Shown here one piece after another: positions 13,620-24,161 of a stretch of DNA of 64,000 nucleotides. Within the stretch, counting starts at the first letter, position 1; every line of letters begins with the position of its first letter. Position numbers and translations under genes: made by a program. The stretch is from an uncultured Verrucomicrobiae bacterium (GTDB taxonomy: Bacteria > Verrucomicrobiota > Verrucomicrobiia > Chthoniobacterales > Chthoniobacteraceae), in assembly GCA_963828525.1 (NCBI GenBank), contig CAWHEP010000002.1, forward strand, positions 539,115 to 603,114, given 5' to 3'. The notes under the pieces are model-generated. The model searched no databases and was not told the DNA's origin. It saw only the letters and a program-made list of their open reading frames with translations.

Positions 13620-14824
13620 TTACTTGGCGGGCGGCAGTTCAAATCCCGGTTTGTCACAGGATGCCATGGCTCCGACGTGATCACCGGCCTCATAGTAGAG
13701 AAGCCATTTGCCCCTGAATCGCACCAAGCCCTCCATGAAGCAGACCGGGGCTCCCACGGAGCTATTGAGTTCGTAGGGCATCCGAGGCGTCAAAAAATAG
13801 TTGTCACAACGGGCGATCATTTTCGTGGGGTCGTTCAGATCAAAGAGAGCCTGGCCGCCCGCATAGTTTCTCTTGGGAAGGTTAGGATCGCCCCTGCTGG
13901 GATCATTTTCTCCGCCGTGATAGATCACCAAAATGCCTTTGGGGGTGACGATGGGAGGTGGCCCCGGTTCCATTAAATTGCAGTCAAACTTGCCGCCGCC
14001 TTTGCGCGGTGGCAGCACTTTGACCAGCCCGCCTTTCCTGTCGATTACCGGCGTCCAGTTAATGCAATCGTCCGAGTAAGCCGCGTTGTAGTTGATAAGA
14101 TACATCCAATATTTTCCGTGGATTTTTTCAGCCACGACCCGGCCATCATCATAATAACGGCTGACCACCGATCCTCCCTTGGAAAGGCGGTCCAGGTACT
14201 TGCCGTCATAAGCTTTGGCAAAGGCCGGGCCTTGCTTGGTCCAATGAATCAGATCGCGGCTCGTCGCCACGGACTGCCGGGGCGTTCTTCCATTGTAAGC
14301 TGCATACAGATAGACAAAGAGGCCGTCTTCCCGCTGCACGACGCGGCCATCCTCGGTTCCCCCTGGCCATTCATATTTATTAAAAGCATCCTCGTCGGGA
14401 TAAAGGACCGGAGTTGGATTACATTTGAAATGGATGCCGTCTTCACTGATTCCCAGGCCGACGCGCGAGTTATGAATATTCTTAGGCTCCGCCCGGTAGA
14501 GCCAGTAGACCTTGCCATCCTTCACCGCTGCGGCAGCGCCGACGATATTCTTCGCCTCCCAGGCGACGTTTTGTTTTAGAAGCGGGCAGAAGAAGGTCAT
14601 GTCGGATCGCGGCACGATCAACGGATTTTCCGGGCAACGGACAAAGGGTCCAAGGCCCCAGGAGGGAACTCCAGCGGCTTCGACGCTGTCATCCACTCCC
14701 TTCGGAGCCAGAGCGACGTGCAAGGGGGGCTGCAGGCTTCATCTTTCGCTGCACTGTTTGAGGACAGTGATGCTCCAGCAACCAGAGCCAGAAGGACAAA
14801 CTGCCCCGTTTTTCTTAAATTCAT
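13620..14824 (-). CDS. Glycoside hydrolase family 130 protein with signal peptide (beta-mannosidase/phosphorylase-like)
   Basis: WGLGPFVR..NPLI, LYRAE, GGTEDGRV, EPGPPP, V.FMEGLV; signal peptide lies in the upstream frame; visibly lower GC than flanks. Confidence 0.85.
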
Positions 14825-15011
14825 TTAATTCTTAATTTGTTCGACTCTTGTCCCATCAAGTGCCTTTGCCGTTTACCTTCAACTAATCCCACAATTGCGA
14901 GATCTTCAACGGCTGCCTGCGCAAATCGTCCATTGCCACCCCGGACCTATGCAATCATATACTTACCCTCTTGCATCGTATCAACGAGCGTAAGAGGGAG
15001 GAAGTGAGCGC

Positions 15012-16756
15012 TCACTTCTCCTCGTCCTTCCCCGTGGCCTGCAGCTCGCTCGCCGTCTTGCCAAAGGTTTCCTCAAGCTGCTTCAGCCGGGTTAGGATCG
15101 GGTCGTACACCTTGCGCTGCGCGGCGCAGAAGGCTTGCAGCGGCTGGAAGGTCGCGCCGAGTTCCTGGTAGAAGAGCGTGATGGCGTGCCGCAGATGATC
15201 CTCCACCGGATGCAGGATCTCCTCGCGCTTCGCGGCCATTTGCTTCCGGAATTCACCAAGAATGCGGTTGCGTTTCACCACCGCCACGCCTGCTCCGGTC
15301 AGCGCCGCCATCGCCGCCACCCCGCCGGTAATATCCAGGATGGCCAGGTGCGCCAGCGCGGCGGCCACCGTAGCGGCGCCGCCCGCCACGGCGATGCCGG
15401 CCGGCAGGCGCATCCAGGTGGCGGCATCGTTGAACATGCGGGTCATCTCGTCCTCGATCGCGCTGCCGGACATCCGCTCCAGCAGGGTCAGCTCGATGCG
15501 CTTTAGAAGCTGGTCGCGCTCGTTGATGAAATCCGGCGGCGCGGGGGGCGAAGGCATCTCGGCCGCGAAAGTCTTCTGGATGTTCTCATGCACGTCGCGC
15601 CAGACGTTTTTCAGGTCGGTCTCGAGCAGCTCGATGGAGTTTGCGATCTGGCGCTTCAGAGTGTCTCGCGCAGTTGCTGGTCGATGCTCTCCTGGAATTC
15701 GGCCTGCCATTTCTGCTTCCGAAAAATGAGCTGGAAGGTGCGGCCCCAGGAGAGACGCTCGGCGAGCAATTGCTCGCTCTTCCGCTGCGTGCGCTCAAAA
15801 TTTTGCGCGAGCGACCAAAGCACCCCGCCCACCTGCCGGAAGGATTGCTCCTTCCGCTCCTCCAGCACGCCGCCCAGCTTCTGCACGCGCTGGTCGTCTT
15901 TCTCGATGGTGGCGAACGCTCCCTTCGCCTTTTCGGAAAGCGCCCGCACGATGACCTGGGCGCTCTGGCAAACCGAGCGCAGCTTGCCCGCGCGCGAATC
16001 GCCATGGGCGATGGTGTCGCCGATGTAGCGCTCCAGCTCGTCGAAATGGCTTTCCGCCATGAGCCGGTCCAGGTCTCTTCGGGTCGCCCGTTTTGGCCTG
16101 GAAGGCGATCTTGGCGGAGACGGCAAAAATGGGCGGCGAAGAGCCGATTTTTTCCCGCGCGGTTTGTTCCAGGTGTTTCTTGACCGCCTCGCACTTCCTC
16201 CGGGTTCCGCAGATCGGCCTGCTGGAGCAGGAAGATGACGTTCTTGCCCCACTGCTTGTGAATCAGGTCGAGGAATTCCCAGGCCGAAGCGGCCCACGGA
16301 TTCGTCACCGAAAAAACGAAGAGGACCAGATCGGCCATCGGCACGAACTCCTCCGCGATCTGCTGGTGCTCGGCCACGATGGTGTTCGTGCCGGGCGTAT
16401 CGACGATATTGAAATCGCGCAGGAAAGGGCTGGGCCGGTAGAACTCCGTCAGGTGCTCGTTGATGGGGACGTCGCGCGCCGCCGCGCCGTATTTGAAGAG
16501 ACAGATGCGGTCCGTGGCCGGCAGGACATCCACCCGGCAGAAATCGCGGCCGAAAAGCGCGTTCAGCACGGTCGATTTGCCCGCTTTGACCTCGCCCATG
16601 ACCACGAAGAGAAACGGCTCGCGCAGGCTGGCGGTGAGGCCCTGGAGGGTCTCGATGCGTCTCCGGCGTGGCCTGCAGATCGTGGGCCAGCGTGGAGAGC
16701 GAATAGAGCGCCGTGCCGAGCTGCGCGCGGATCTGGAGATAGTCGTCGCCGATCAT
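15012..16756 (-). CDS. Dynamin-like GTPase; frameshifted
   Basis: GEVKAGKS, VLPAT, DTPGTN motifs; long helical stalk and a hydrophobic hairpin near the C-terminus. Confidence 0.85.
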
Positions 16757-16776
16757 GCGGCAGGCGCCATGGTCGG

Positions 16777-17663
16777 TTACTGCCGCCGGAGTGGTCGGGC
16801 GGCGCCGCAGCCGCCTTGGCGGCCGGAGCAGGTTTCTTCGGCGGCAGGGTGGCGGGGCCCCTTGTCCATGGCCAGCAGCTCGGAAACGGTCACGAATTTG
16901 TATCCCTTGGCCAGCAGGGTGTCGAAGACCTGCGGCATCGCGTCCACCGTGGGCGAGTGGATATCGTGGGAAAGGATAATCGAGCCAGGCCGGGCCCCGG
17001 AGATGATGCGCTGCGCCACCACGCTGGAGCCGGGCCGTTTCCAGTCCAGCGGATCGACATCCCAGAGGATGATCTTCACGCCGAAATCGTGGTTGACCCA
17101 GAGTCGCTGCCGGGCGGACATGGCGCCGTAGGGGGGCCGCATCAGGGTCGGCTTGTAGCCGCTGGCCGCGATGATCGCATCCTGCGTCTTCTGGATTTCG
17201 GAGCGCACGGCCGCGTCGCTCATCCTGGCCAGGTCGGGATGGGTATAGGAGTGATTCCCGACCTCGTGGCCCTCCGCCAATTCCCGCTGCACAAGCTGCG
17301 GAAGCCGGGCGGCGTTTTCGCCGATCAGGAAAAAGGTCAGCTTGATGTGCTTTTTCGCGGCCAGATCCAGCAAGCGCGGCGTGTTCGCCGAGCTCGGGCC
17401 GTCATCGAAGGTCATCGCGATGTACGGTCCGTCGACATTCACCTGGCTGAAGGTGATCTTCGAGGTGGTGGCGGACTCGGAGTGAATGGCGGTGCTGCCC
17501 GCTCCCGAAACGATGGGCGGGGCCGGAGTGGCCGTGGCCGCGGCGGGAGAGGAATCGGCCACCGGTGCCGGGCGAGGCGGCGGTCTGCGGCGCCGTTTGC
17601 GCGCAGGCCAGCGAGGCGAACAGAAAAAACGAAGTAAGGCAAGCCGGGCCAGGGGTTCCTCAT
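16777..17663 (-). CDS. Polysaccharide deacetylase (NodB/CE4)
   Basis: TFDDGP, HEVGNHSYTH, RPPYG, DPLDW, IILSHD. Confidence 0.93.
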
Positions 17664-17739
17664 TTTGGGAATGAACGCGGTGCACCTTACGGGTGGGATG
17701 TGGGAATGCAATGAAAAGGGCCCGGCTAGCGCCAGGTTC

Positions 17740-18358
17740 AGGAATCTCCCCTAGCGGGCCGCCGGCGGCCAGCCGCTCCTCGGCGGGAGCGGGCGCCGTC
17801 CTTCTGCGCGGCCGCCATGCAGGCGATGAAAAGCCCCGTGAAAAGGAGATCGCTCACAGCGTGGAGCGGAAAAACATCCAGGTCGGCTCGTAGCCCGGCA
17901 GGCCCGTGGTGAGAGCCTGCACCCAGCCGCCGGGCGTCTTGGCGTAGCCCGCCTCATCCAGCCAGGAGGCGGAATTCGTCACCACGTAAAACAGGAGCGA
18001 ACTCGCGAGGCTGGCCAGCAGGATGCCCGCCGCCGGCACGCTCGCGGGAAGCGCCCAGCCGATCCCCACCGTTGAGGCCAGCGCCAGGTAGCGCGCCAGC
18101 CATTTCCACGCTCACGATGGCGAAGTGGTAGTGGAACGCGTTCAAGATGACATCCGAGAAAAAGAGCGCCGCCAGCGGGAGCACCAGCGCCAGCTTGCGC
18201 GGCAGGTAGATCGCCCCGCACAAAGCCACCGCCGCCACCGGTGCGAAATTCCCCAGCCAGGGGTATTGGCCACCCTCGAAGCCGGCGCAGAGCCGGTAGG
18301 CGATAATCGCGGCCAGCAGCAGGAAAGCCGCGACGGTTTGAGCCGGTGGTTTTTTCAT
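17740..18358 (-). CDS. DUF6580-like putative membrane transport protein; frameshifted
   Basis: NFAPVAAVALCG, LPLAALFFSD, SSLLFYVVTN..W, GLP..FFRSTL.SDLLF; last gene of the riboswitch operon. Confidence 0.75.
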
Positions 18359-18370
18359 GGAGCGTTCTTT

Positions 18371-19126
18371 CTACTGTAAATATTGCGTGCTGCCAACAGG
18401 AGTAATGCGCCCGACCGATTCCCCCGCGACCCGCGCATCCTCCGTGCCGGGATACATCTGGAACTTTTCCACGTGTCCATCCAGGAAGAGCATGTTCGCG
18501 CAGGAGCCATGGCGGAAGTGGATCGTCTTGTAGGTTTCGTCGATCATGTAGAACTCCTCCAGCAGCGGGTTCTTCGGCGAAGCCGGCGCCTGGAAGGTAT
18601 TCACCTGCGCGCAATCGCCGAACAGGATGACCTGCGCGGGATGAGCGATCGTCAGCGTGTTCACATTGGAGAGATGGTGGTGATTGAAGCCGTACCCCCA
18701 GCTGGCGCCGCGTGTACTTCGGCTTCCATACAGAGAGGCTGTTGTAGGGAAAGGAAGGGCAGACCTCCACGCCGCCCACCTGGCGGACGTACGGGTACAG
18801 CGGGGATTGCGTAACATCCACCGTGCGCTGGCCCTCCGCCACGCCCAGGCTGGCGTTGGTTTCGAAGCCGAAATACCAGAGGTTCCCGCCGGGCACCGCT
18901 TTCATATACTGGAAGCAGACATGTTCCGTGATCCCCGAGGTAAAGATTGGTCGCCACGCCGAGCTGCCGCAGGCTGTTCGCGCAATAGGCCCCTTGCGCG
19001 AGGGAGCGCACCTGCGTGAGCCCCGCCAAGGACAAGGCCGCAAGCGTGGCGACGATGCCGACGGAGACGAGCAGCTCCAGCAGTGTGAAAGCACCTGCCG
19101 CGGCGCCGGGGCGCGCTGGTCATCAT
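18371..19126 (-). CDS. Prepilin-type N-terminal methylation protein with H-X9-DG domain (pseudopilin-like); frameshifted
   Basis: FTLLELLVSVGIVATLAAL, C.NSLRQLG, HFRHGSCANMLFLDGHVE. Confidence 0.88.
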
Positions 19127-19828
19127 GCGCCTCTTTTTCCAGAGCCAAAGCGCCGCCGATGCCCAACAGCAGGAGCGCCGTACTGCCTGGTTCCGGCACG
19201 CTGATGAGCGTTGCGCCGGCGAAGTCGGCATCCGAGGGGCGCATTGTTTGTCATGGCGCCGTCGATCGTCGACGGGGTTGCCATCTACGGTAAAATCGGA
19301 ATCGTACCCGGAATTGCCGAACACCCAGCCGTCGAAACTGTCATTGCCCAAGCCCCGGGTGGTCGCCCCGTCGTTGGATATTGTCCACTGGCCAGAGCTA
19401 TACGGGCCGCCGTCGTTCCCGCTCGTGCCGCCGGCCACGTAATCAGTCCAATCCTGCGTCGGCCCCGAAGGCGGCTTGTCATTCGCCTTGATGGTGATGG
19501 AGTTGAACGTGAACGCGACCACCTCATTGCCGAAGGAATATTGGTCGTACTGCACGTTCTGCGAGGCCGTGCCGGCCACAAGGAGCGGCCGGCCGGAGGC
19601 GGCGTCGGTGCCATCCAGCACCGGCGTGCCGAAGATGGCATCGAGCAGATTTTGCCCGGTAGTCAGCGCCCCCGGGGGATAGCTGATCTGGAACTTGAAG
19701 GTCTGCTCCGCGCCGCTGGGGCCGAAGTCTCCCTGGAAGAGAATGAACGAGGAATCCGCGTGTGCGGAGTGAAGGAAGGCGCACGCGGCGAGCCACAGCG
19801 CTGCAAAGATGCCGATCTGCTTTTTCAT
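19123..19828 (-). CDS. PEP-CTERM sorting-domain surface protein
   Basis: Signal peptide MKKQIGIFAALWL..AHA; C-terminal VPEPGSTALLLLGIGG followed by basic residues. Confidence 0.9.
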
Positions 19829-19964
19829 TTTGTGGTCTTTCGGTGGATGAAAGACCAGAAAACGCCCGCGAGTGGTGCAGCGGGAGCCCGGCTGGTCTCT
19901 CATTGCTTCTTTTCTGCGAAGAAGTTGGCCGGGGCGGCCATACTCATGGCGCCTCGGAATGAGA

Positions 19965-20113
19965 GCGTGCGGGGCGAATATTCTGGCTCCTGGCTTGCCT
20001 CCTCCCCGCCTTCACCGCCGGTTTTGCCGGCGATTGGCCTTTTGGGGATTTGTATCCAGTTACAGCAGCGCAACTGCTTCCGATTCACACGGAATTCCTC
20101 GCTTCCACACGCG
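19965..20113 (-). ncRNA. Cobalamin riboswitch
   Basis: Minus strand reads GCGTG..AGGAATTCCGTGTGAATCGGAAGCAGTTGCGCTGCTGTAA..GCCAATCG..GAAGGC..GAGCCAGAATATTCGCC..CACGC; terminal GCGTG/CACGC pair; 5' leader of the PEP-CTERM gene. Confidence 0.82.
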
Positions 20114-20224
20114 TTCGGGGAATCACTCGACTCCCTCAAGATTTTCGCAAAGAACTGGCCGCACCTTGTGAGATCCGCCGGCAGGCGTCAAGTCCGCAAA
20201 CTGATCAAGAGAAGGAGCATGTTA

Positions 20225-20319
20225 TCCGCAGATTAACGCAGATTGACACAGATTTTTGGGAGAAGCGCAGAGGCAGGCCTCCGGTTCCTAATCTGCGAAA
20301 ATCTGCGTTAATCTGCGGA
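20225..20319. repeat. Palindromic intergenic repeat (CGCAGATT-type decamer arms), copy 1
   Basis: tccgcagattaacgcagattgacacagatt ... aatctgcgaaaatctgcgttaatctgcgga; recurs at 32397-32645. Confidence 0.88.
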
Positions 20320-20329
20320 GAAAAAGTCC

Positions 20330-21514
20330 CTACCGCCGCCGCTTTTGCCCGACGCGCCGGATGGGCGTGCGCTTGGTCGCGTCATTCATGGCCGTGTAGA
20401 GGTAGTCGAAGCCCTCCAGTTGCAGCCGCGGGATTTTTTGGCCGATGAAGTATTGGATCTTCGTCACTTCCTCCACATCCTCGCCCGTCATGAGGGTGAA
20501 GGCGTCGCCCACCGCCTGGGCCCGGCCCGTGCGGCCGATCCGGTGCACGTAATCCTCCGGGTGCTGCGGCACGTCGTAATTAATGACGTGGCTGACCCCC
20601 GCAATGTCGATGCCGCGCGAGGCGATGTCCGTCGCCACCATTACCTCGTATTTGCCGGATTTGAAACCTTCCAGCGAATCCATGCGCTCCCGTTGCGTGC
20701 GATTGGAATGCATCACCGCCACGGAGTGCTTCGCCTCCTTCAACTGGTTGGCGATGCGGTCCGCGCCATCCTTGGTGCGGCAAAAGATGAGGACGCTGCA
20801 GAAATCGGTCTTTTCCAGCAAAGCGACGAGGAGATCGAATTTCTGCTCCCGCGCCACGGGATAAAGGGCGTGGCTCACCGTCTCGGCGGGAGAACGGCGG
20901 ATGCCGATCTCCACGATCTCCGGCTCGTGCAGCACCCAGCTCGTGAGATTCTCGATCTCGGGCGGCATGGTCGCGGAGAACAGCATCGTCTGGCGCTTCT
21001 TCGGGCAATACTCGAGGATCTTACGCACTTGGGGCATGAAACCCATGTCGAGCATGCGGTCCATTTCATCCAGCACCAGGTGTTTCAGGCCGCCCAGGTC
21101 CAACTCGCGGTTGCTCAGGAAATCAATGAGACGCCCGGGCGTGGCCACCAGCACGTCCACCCCGTTCTTCAGCATGTCGCGCTGCGGGCCGAAGCCGACC
21201 CCGCCATAGACGACGCCGATCCGCAGATTGCTGAAGCGGGCGTAATCGCGGAAAGCGGTCTCCACCTGCGCGGCCAGTTCGCGGGTCGGCTCCAGCACGA
21301 GCGCGCGGATGGCGCCGTGGCTTTGCAGGCAGGTGAGCAGGGGCAGCGCGAAGGCGGCCGTCTTGCCCGTGCCCGTTTGGGCGGAGGCGATGAGGTCTTT
21401 GCCCGCGAGAATGGGAGGGAACGACCGCAACTGGATGGGGGTGGGATCGATATAACCCATGGACTGGATTCCATGGAGAACTTCCTCGGAAAGACCGAGA
21501 TCGCGAAATGACAT
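20330..21514 (-). CDS. DEAD-box RNA helicase paralog (DEMD variant)
   Basis: [36 protein letters not shown]; intact ORF. Confidence 0.95.
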   Translation of the reverse strand: MSFRDLGLSEEVLHGIQSMGYIDPTPIQLRSFPPILAGKDLIASAQTGTGKTAAFALPLLTCLQSHGAIRALVLEPTRELAAQVETAFRDYARFSNLRIGVVYGGVGFGPQRDMLKNGVDVLVATPGRLIDFLSNRELDLGGLKHLVLDEMDRMLDMGFMPQVRKILEYCPKKRQTMLFSATMPPEIENLTSWVLHEPEIVEIGIRRSPAETVSHALYPVAREQKFDLLVALLEKTDFCSVLIFCRTKDGADRIANQLKEAKHSVAVMHSNRTQRERMDSLEGFKSGKYEVMVATDIASRGIDIAGVSHVINYDVPQHPEDYVHRIGRTGRAQAVGDAFTLMTGEDVEEVTKIQYFIGQKIPRLQLEGFDYLYTAMNDATKRTPIRRVGQKRRR

Positions 21515-21619
21515 AGAGGGGCAGTATCTGCTTCCGCACGAGGGCGCAAGCTCCGCGCGGGGTTGCGCGCGGAGCAATTCCGGGCAACCCTCTCCGGTCC
21601 GGTTTCCCAGGATTTACTT

Positions 21620-21856
21620 ATGAATTCACCTTTGATGCAGTTTTTCAAGAGGGCGCTCCGGCGCGAGCCGCCCCTCCACCCGGTGGATCGCGGGATGGCC
21701 CGGCATTGGGTGAAGCGGCGCCTGTCCCACCTTTACCCGGAGCTGCGGGAGAACCCCGCGGCGCTGGAGGCTGCCTACCGTTCGCTCACGCTCGAGCCGC
21801 GGCTGGGAGAAGAGGGCGACGCGGGGACCTATTTCGAGATGATCCTGCCGGAATAA
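21620..21856 (+). CDS. Small hypothetical protein
   Basis: 78 aa ORF with coding-like codon usage in an otherwise empty interval. Confidence 0.6.
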   Translation: MNSPLMQFFKRALRREPPLHPVDRGMARHWVKRRLSHLYPELRENPAALEAAYRSLTLEPRLGEEGDAGTYFEMILPE

Positions 21857-21883
21857 TTCCGGAAAAGGGGCCGCTACAGGCGG

Positions 21884-21934
21884 GTCCGTCCCGCGGAAAG
21901 CGGGGTTGGTCACAGGGGAGCGAGGCTCCGTCCC
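21884..21934 (+). promoter_or_regulatory. Three 9-bp direct repeats with 21-bp period (candidate LytTR operator)
   Basis: gtccgtccc 21884, gttggtcac 21905, ctccgtccc 21926. Confidence 0.5.
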
Positions 21935-22003
21935 ATCCTGGTGGGACGGGTGATTTTGGGAGGTAACATGGGCGCTGTCGAAAGACCACCAACCAAACTT
22001 CCA

Positions 22004-23059
22004 ATGAAATCCTATTACCTTCCCATGCTGGCTGCGGTTGCGGCAGGCCTGATATTCTCACCGACCGTTCATGCGCAATTGGGTGGGCGGCACCTTCCGC
22101 CGCCGCCTCCGATGTCTGGCGGCACCGGCGGGCCTATCTTCACCGGCAGCGATGGCCAGATGCCGCCGCCGCCCCCAATGGCAGGTGGAACCGGCGGCCC
22201 CGTCTTCACCGGGAGCGATGGCCAGTTGCCTCCGCCTCCAATGGCGGGTGGCACGGGCGGTCCCATCCTCACCGGGAGTGATGGCCAGTTGCCTCCGCCC
22301 CCCAGGGAAACCGGTTCCGGCGGGCCTCATGGCGATCTGGAGAGCGGCAGCTTCGAGTCGCTCAATATCGGAATTCCCTTCGTCGCCACCTCCGGCAGCG
22401 CCACGGCGGCGGGCGTGCTGCAGGCGATCAGCCGCAGCGGTACGGATAGCGGCTCGGTCGCCCTCAGGACGGCTGGCCTTGCTGCCGGGGCCTACACCGT
22501 GAGCGCCACGACCGCCTCCGGCAGCGACACTACTGTGCTCGGCTCCTTCTCCGTGAATGATCCGGCGAACCCGGCCCGGCCGCGCCCTGCCCGGACGCAT
22601 GCGCTTTTCGGCGGGAATCACGGCGTCGCCTTCCCGGATGGCTTCGACCCCTTCGATGTCGCCACGCTCACCATCTCCGGCACGAGCGGCAACGTCCTCT
22701 TTACCGCGGATCTCAGCACCTTTGCCGACGGGGCGTACCTGGCGCGGGCGCCGCTCAGTCCGGTGAGCGACAGCTCCGCAGCAGGCGGCATGGTGCGGAT
22801 CAAAGCCAGCTCCCGGGACGGCTCGGTGAGCGGGGCGCTGTGCATCACCGCCGCGGGGCTGGCGGCCAGCACCCCTTACACCTGGGCGGTCAATGGCAAC
22901 GATCTCGGCACCGCCACCAGCACGGCAAACGGGCGCCTGCAGATCATGGCCCGCGAGGGAACAAACGGAACGCTGCCCGGCACGGTGAACCTGTTCGATG
23001 TCACCAGCGTCACGATCAGTGACAGCGACGGAAACGTAGTCTTGAGGGCGGCCTTTTAA
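22004..23059 (+). CDS. Secreted protein with N-terminal Pro/Gly repeats and a beta-rich C-terminal region
   Basis: Signal peptide MKSYYLPMLAAVAAG..VHA; (PPPPMxGGTGGPxxTGSDGQ) x3 plus a partial copy. Confidence 0.8.
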   Translation: MKSYYLPMLAAVAAGLIFSPTVHAQLGGRHLPPPPPMSGGTGGPIFTGSDGQMPPPPPMAGGTGGPVFTGSDGQLPPPPMAGGTGGPILTGSDGQLPPPPRETGSGGPHGDLESGSFESLNIGIPFVATSGSATAAGVLQAISRSGTDSGSVALRTAGLAAGAYTVSATTASGSDTTVLGSFSVNDPANPARPRPARTHALFGGNHGVAFPDGFDPFDVATLTISGTSGNVLFTADLSTFADGAYLARAPLSPVSDSSAAGGMVRIKASSRDGSVSGALCITAAGLAASTPYTWAVNGNDLGTATSTANGRLQIMAREGTNGTLPGTVNLFDVTSVTISDSDGNVVLRAAF

Positions 23060-23247
23060 CAAAATCCGGTTCAGCTCAGGCGGCGGGTGCAATCTTCGGT
23101 TGTGCCCGCTGCCCCGAACGGCTTGGGCCTGCGTAGTCAACGATCAGCGGAACCGGTCGGGAAGCAAGCGGTTCCGCCCTGCGAGCGGGCCCCGGCTACT
23201 TCGCGCCAGAAGGGGATTGGCCATCGCTCATGGCGCTATTACTGCAA

Positions 23248-23441
23248 CTAGTTTTGACGTTTCAACCAATTGGCCCGGGCGCTGTTCAAACTTTCCTCGT
23301 TCGCTCCGCCTGCATAGTTGGGATCGGCAGATTGAACCGGGTCGTCTTCCCAGCCGCAGTTGTCGCAAATCTCGTATGTTCCCAATTCGGAAATCGTCTT
23401 CTTTCCACAGCAAGGGCATTCCAAAAAGTCTGTTGCGTCAT
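23248..23441 (-). CDS. Cys-rich CPCC domain protein (absent from the ORF track)
   Basis: Manual translation: ECPCCGKKTISELGTYEICDNCGWEDDPVQSADPNYAGGANEESLNSARANW. Confidence 0.85.
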
Positions 23442-23462
23442 CGCGAGAGACGATTGCCTTCG

Positions 23463-23946
23463 CTAAAAGTCCTGTTTTTTGAGGCGTTTGAGAAAGTCTG
23501 GATGAATCCAGAAACTCTCCACCTGTCCAGGTTTCAGTTTGATGTCCTTGACGCTGAATGGTCGCAAGATGTCGAGGAACTTTCTGAAGCCCGGCGCAAT
23601 TTCAGTGATCTCCTCAGGCTCTTCGTGATTCCAGAAAAAGACTGCGCCGCCCTTGCCTTCATCGACGAAAACGTAGTTTCCGCCCTCCGACCATGCGACG
23701 GGATAGGCATATTTTGGGAGATTCTCGATGAATTTTCTCTCCTCAGCAATCTGGCTCAAAGGAATAAACTGATTCACCCCACCGTCGTCGTGCTTTCCAA
23801 CTCTGAAGATGTTTGTGTCAGGCGTTGCCCCATCGTTATACCGCAGAAAACTGCGAAACGAACTCGAGAACGCATACCCCAGAACTGCCTCAACCGCGTG
23901 GATGGCTGCTTCCGGTGCGATCTTCCCCTTTGTGAGCTATTTTCAT
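23463..23946 (-). CDS. SMI1/KNR4 (SUKH) family immunity protein
   Basis: EAAIHAVEAVLGYAFSSSFRSFLRYNDG, YPVAWSEGGNYV, GAVFFWNHE, IAPGFRKFL; indel near the start. Confidence 0.85.
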
Positions 23947-24035
23947 TTTGGATCAAACCCTCCATTGCGGATTACTGCCGTACCGCCGGTGTGTCCAACA
24001 GATTTGTGAAGGTCTCTGGAGACCAGTTCATTTTT
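23943..24035 (-). pseudogene. C-terminal remnant of an HNH/WHH-type nuclease toxin
   Basis: LVSRDLHKSVGHTGGTAVIRNGGFDPK*; its stop overlaps the SUKH start (ATGA). Confidence 0.7.
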
Positions 24036-24138
24036 TTCTAACGAGGTAAATGAGGGCGGTGGCCGGAATCAAATTCTCGTTCACTCATTAATTGTGCTTG
24101 GACTCAGAGCCAAAAGAATTGCTGCTTGAGCAACTTGT

Positions 24139-24161
24139 AAACTGGCCGGGCTGGCGGGATC
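24139..24161 (-). repeat. Short degenerate tRNA 3'-end (att-like) direct repeat, copy 1
   Basis: aaactggccgggctggcgggatc matches aaactggtcagctggcgggatc at 28838. Confidence 0.5.

Noticed and set aside
23100..24041. 313 aa plus-strand ORF
   Set aside because: Antisense to the recognisable SUKH and CPCC genes, with no features of its own
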